Positions 25,606 through 27,194 of a stretch of DNA of 27,194 bases are shown here, in pieces. The translations under genes and the position numbers were made by a program. The DNA is from Flavobacteriales bacterium (GTDB taxonomy: Bacteria; Bacteroidota; Bacteroidia; Flavobacteriales_D; Sanyastnellaceae): contig JBILIX010000001.1 in NCBI GenBank assembly GCA_044368835.1, positions 1-27,194 on the forward strand, given 5' to 3'. The notes below the pieces were generated by a model. That model was not told the origin of the DNA, ran no database searches, and was given only the letters and a program-made list of their open reading frames with translations. Position 1 is the first letter of the stretch, and each line of letters starts with the position of its first letter.

Positions 25606-26928
25606 TTACCACTGCGGTACATCGCGGGTCCACAGCAATTTTCCATTCGAATCAAAGACATTCATCGTAAGAACGCGGTGTTTCTTTTTTCCAGTAAACT
25701 CTAGTGTAGCGAAATGCCTTACACCTGTTATGGTGTTTTCCACACGCCAACGATTCTCTTCTTTCGACATGTCAAACGCCCTGCTAGTCAGGGGTGAAAC
25801 GGTAAGGTCGTAAACACCATTCTCATTTTTCAGTGGCATAAAGGAAAGCTCCCCGCAATGCCTGTCGCCGGTGAGGAATACAACACCTCGTATATTCTCT
25901 TTTTCGATCGCCTCAATAATGAAGCTTCTTTCTTCGGCATAATTCGAATAGTTCTCAAACACCTCGGCGCTATTTAAGAATTGACCACCGATCGCAATGA
26001 GTTTAAAGGGTGCCTGACTTTGTTTCAGGGCCTGAAGGAGCCATTCCAATTGTGTTGCGCCCAATATCGTGGGCGATGTATGGCCTATAGTGTCTTTCCA
26101 GGTGCGGTGATAGCGGTTGTCGAGCAGAAAGAAGTCAATATCGGAAAACTGAAGTTGGGTTGAGATTCCGCGCCCGGCCTCATCCACGGAGAGCCCATAG
26201 GACGGATTAGGCCAAAACGATTTAAATGCCTCCAATGTCCAGTCTTTGTGAACGAATGAGCCATTTGAATCGTTGGGTCCGAAATCATGATCATCCCAAA
26301 TGGCAAGGTTTGGACAGTGTTTGAGTAGGTTTTGAATTTCTTTTTGCGAGCGAGTGTGTTTGTAGCGGTGTGCGATGCTTGCATAAGAGGTAAAGTCAAC
26401 CTCGCGCAGGTAAATATTGTCGCCCAACCATAGCATCATATCGGGATCTTTTTTTACGATTGTGTCGAATATGTGAAACTCGCCACCATAGGGGTCTCCC
26501 GGACGATCGTAGGCGGGCTCATTCACGAAAGTACAGCTGCCAACAGCCATTTTAAAATCGGGCGCTTCTTTCCGAAACTGCCACAGATCTTGTGTAGTAA
26601 GGGTGTATGTCCGTGATGAAGCATAGCCGCTTGCAACATCTATAAATGGGCGATAATTATAGGTGGTTCCCGGCTCAAGTCCCTCTAAGTCGATGATGCA
26701 TGAAAAGCCGTTGCGTGCGACTGTGTTCGATTTGAAAATAAGTTCAGGAGCTTTACTTCCAGGAAGCGAGACAGCAATGGCTACCGGTTCCTCCATATCG
26801 GTGGCAACCCAAACTCGGGCAGAACGCATTCCCACATAACCCAAAGCATGTTGAATTTGACCGTACGTAAAGTTTGCCCAACAAAGGCTGAGTATCAGCG
26901 AAATTCGAATAGCATTGCCTGAATTCAT
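25606..26928 (-). CDS. Alkaline phosphatase D (PhoD)-family metallophosphatase, secreted
   Basis: GSC, WLGDNIY, WDDHDFGPND, FFLLDNRYHR, LGATQLEWL and TGDRH motifs; signal ending TYG|Q. Confidence 0.92.
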   Translation of the reverse strand: MNSGNAIRISLILSLCWANFTYGQIQHALGYVGMRSARVWVATDMEEPVAIAVSLPGSKAPELIFKSNTVARNGFSCIIDLEGLEPGTTYNYRPFIDVASGYASSRTYTLTTQDLWQFRKEAPDFKMAVGSCTFVNEPAYDRPGDPYGGEFHIFDTIVKKDPDMMLWLGDNIYLREVDFTSYASIAHRYKHTRSQKEIQNLLKHCPNLAIWDDHDFGPNDSNGSFVHKDWTLEAFKSFWPNPSYGLSVDEAGRGISTQLQFSDIDFFLLDNRYHRTWKDTIGHTSPTILGATQLEWLLQALKQSQAPFKLIAIGGQFLNSAEVFENYSNYAEERSFIIEAIEKENIRGVVFLTGDRHCGELSFMPLKNENGVYDLTVSPLTSRAFDMSKEENRWRVENTITGVRHFATLEFTGKKKHRVLTMNVFDSNGKLLWTRDVPQW

Positions 26929-26978
26929 AGTTTTTGCTTAATTGGTGAACAGATTAGTTGATTAAATTGCGTCCCCTT

Positions 26979-27006
26979 GCAACCCGCAAGTTACCTTAAT
27001 CGTCTT
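26979..27006 (+). promoter_or_regulatory. Putative ECF promoter GCAAC-N17-CGTCTT
   Basis: GCAAC at 26979-26983 and CGTCTT at 27001-27006, ending 6 nt before the GTG at 27013. Confidence 0.65.
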
Positions 27007-27012
27007 CTTTCT

Positions 27013-27194
27013 GTGAAATTTTGGTTTAAATATGCCACGTTGGTTCTTTTGTTTGTCTTATCAAGGCAAGTTGGTGTTGCTCAGTTGAGCGGCACAGGTT
27101 GCATTGGGCAAACCTCCTACACCGATGGTCAGCCGGACGATCCCATTTATTATTATCCGGCCGGTCAGTTGGGTGAATTAACTGTGGTGCCAGA
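27013..27194 (+). CDS. N-terminus of a secreted protein (3'-truncated by window edge; absent from the ORF track)
   Basis: My translation from GTG 27013 is MKFWFKYATLVLLFVLSRQVGVA|QLSGTGCIGQTSYTDGQPDDPIYYYPAGQLGELTVVP. The frame is open to the end and has a Sec signal followed by Gln. Confidence 0.75.
   Translation, partial: MKFWFKYATLVLLFVLSRQVGVAQLSGTGCIGQTSYTDGQPDDPIYYYPAGQLGELTVVP

Noticed and set aside
1-27194. Mobile elements, prophage, defence systems, tRNA/rRNA
   Set aside because: No transposase, integrase, phage, Cas or restriction motifs and no tRNA cloverleaf or rRNA-like sequence seen. Housekeeping genes (uvrA, mnmA, ffs) indicate core chromosome.

Overview
A 27.2-kb chromosomal segment from a Bacteroidota organism, probably Flavobacteriales-like. 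This assignment rests on T9SS C-terminal sorting domains, TAnnTTTG -7 promoter boxes and signal peptides followed by Gln. Left to right it holds: a 5'-truncated uvrA; a diheme cytochrome c peroxidase/MauG-family gene divergent from a SRAP (YedK/HMCES) gene; and four same-strand T9SS type-B (gliding-motility-associated CTD) cargo genes, including a tandem paralogue pair with CUB-like, PKD and P-domain modules. These are followed by an ECF sigma factor translationally coupled to a membrane-anchored anti-sigma-like protein that itself ends in PKD domains and a degenerate type-B CTD. Then come mnmA, a T9SS type-A cargo with eight GCTD repeats, a DUF4199 + GT2 operon, the SRP (4.5S) RNA, a YkgJ/CxxCxxCC + atypical radical SAM gene pair, a 98-aa hypothetical, a PhoD phosphatase, and the 5' end of another secreted protein missing from the ORF track. 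No mobile element, CRISPR array, tRNA or rRNA was seen. The most notable signal is an ECF-type promoter motif, GCAAC-N16/17-YGTCT, read directly from the sequence in correct orientation upstream of the sigma/anti-sigma operon and of three secreted-protein genes. This suggests a local ECF regulon of surface proteins controlled by an anti-sigma-like protein that carries a T9SS-type sorting domain. All domain calls are by eye from motifs; no database searches were run.
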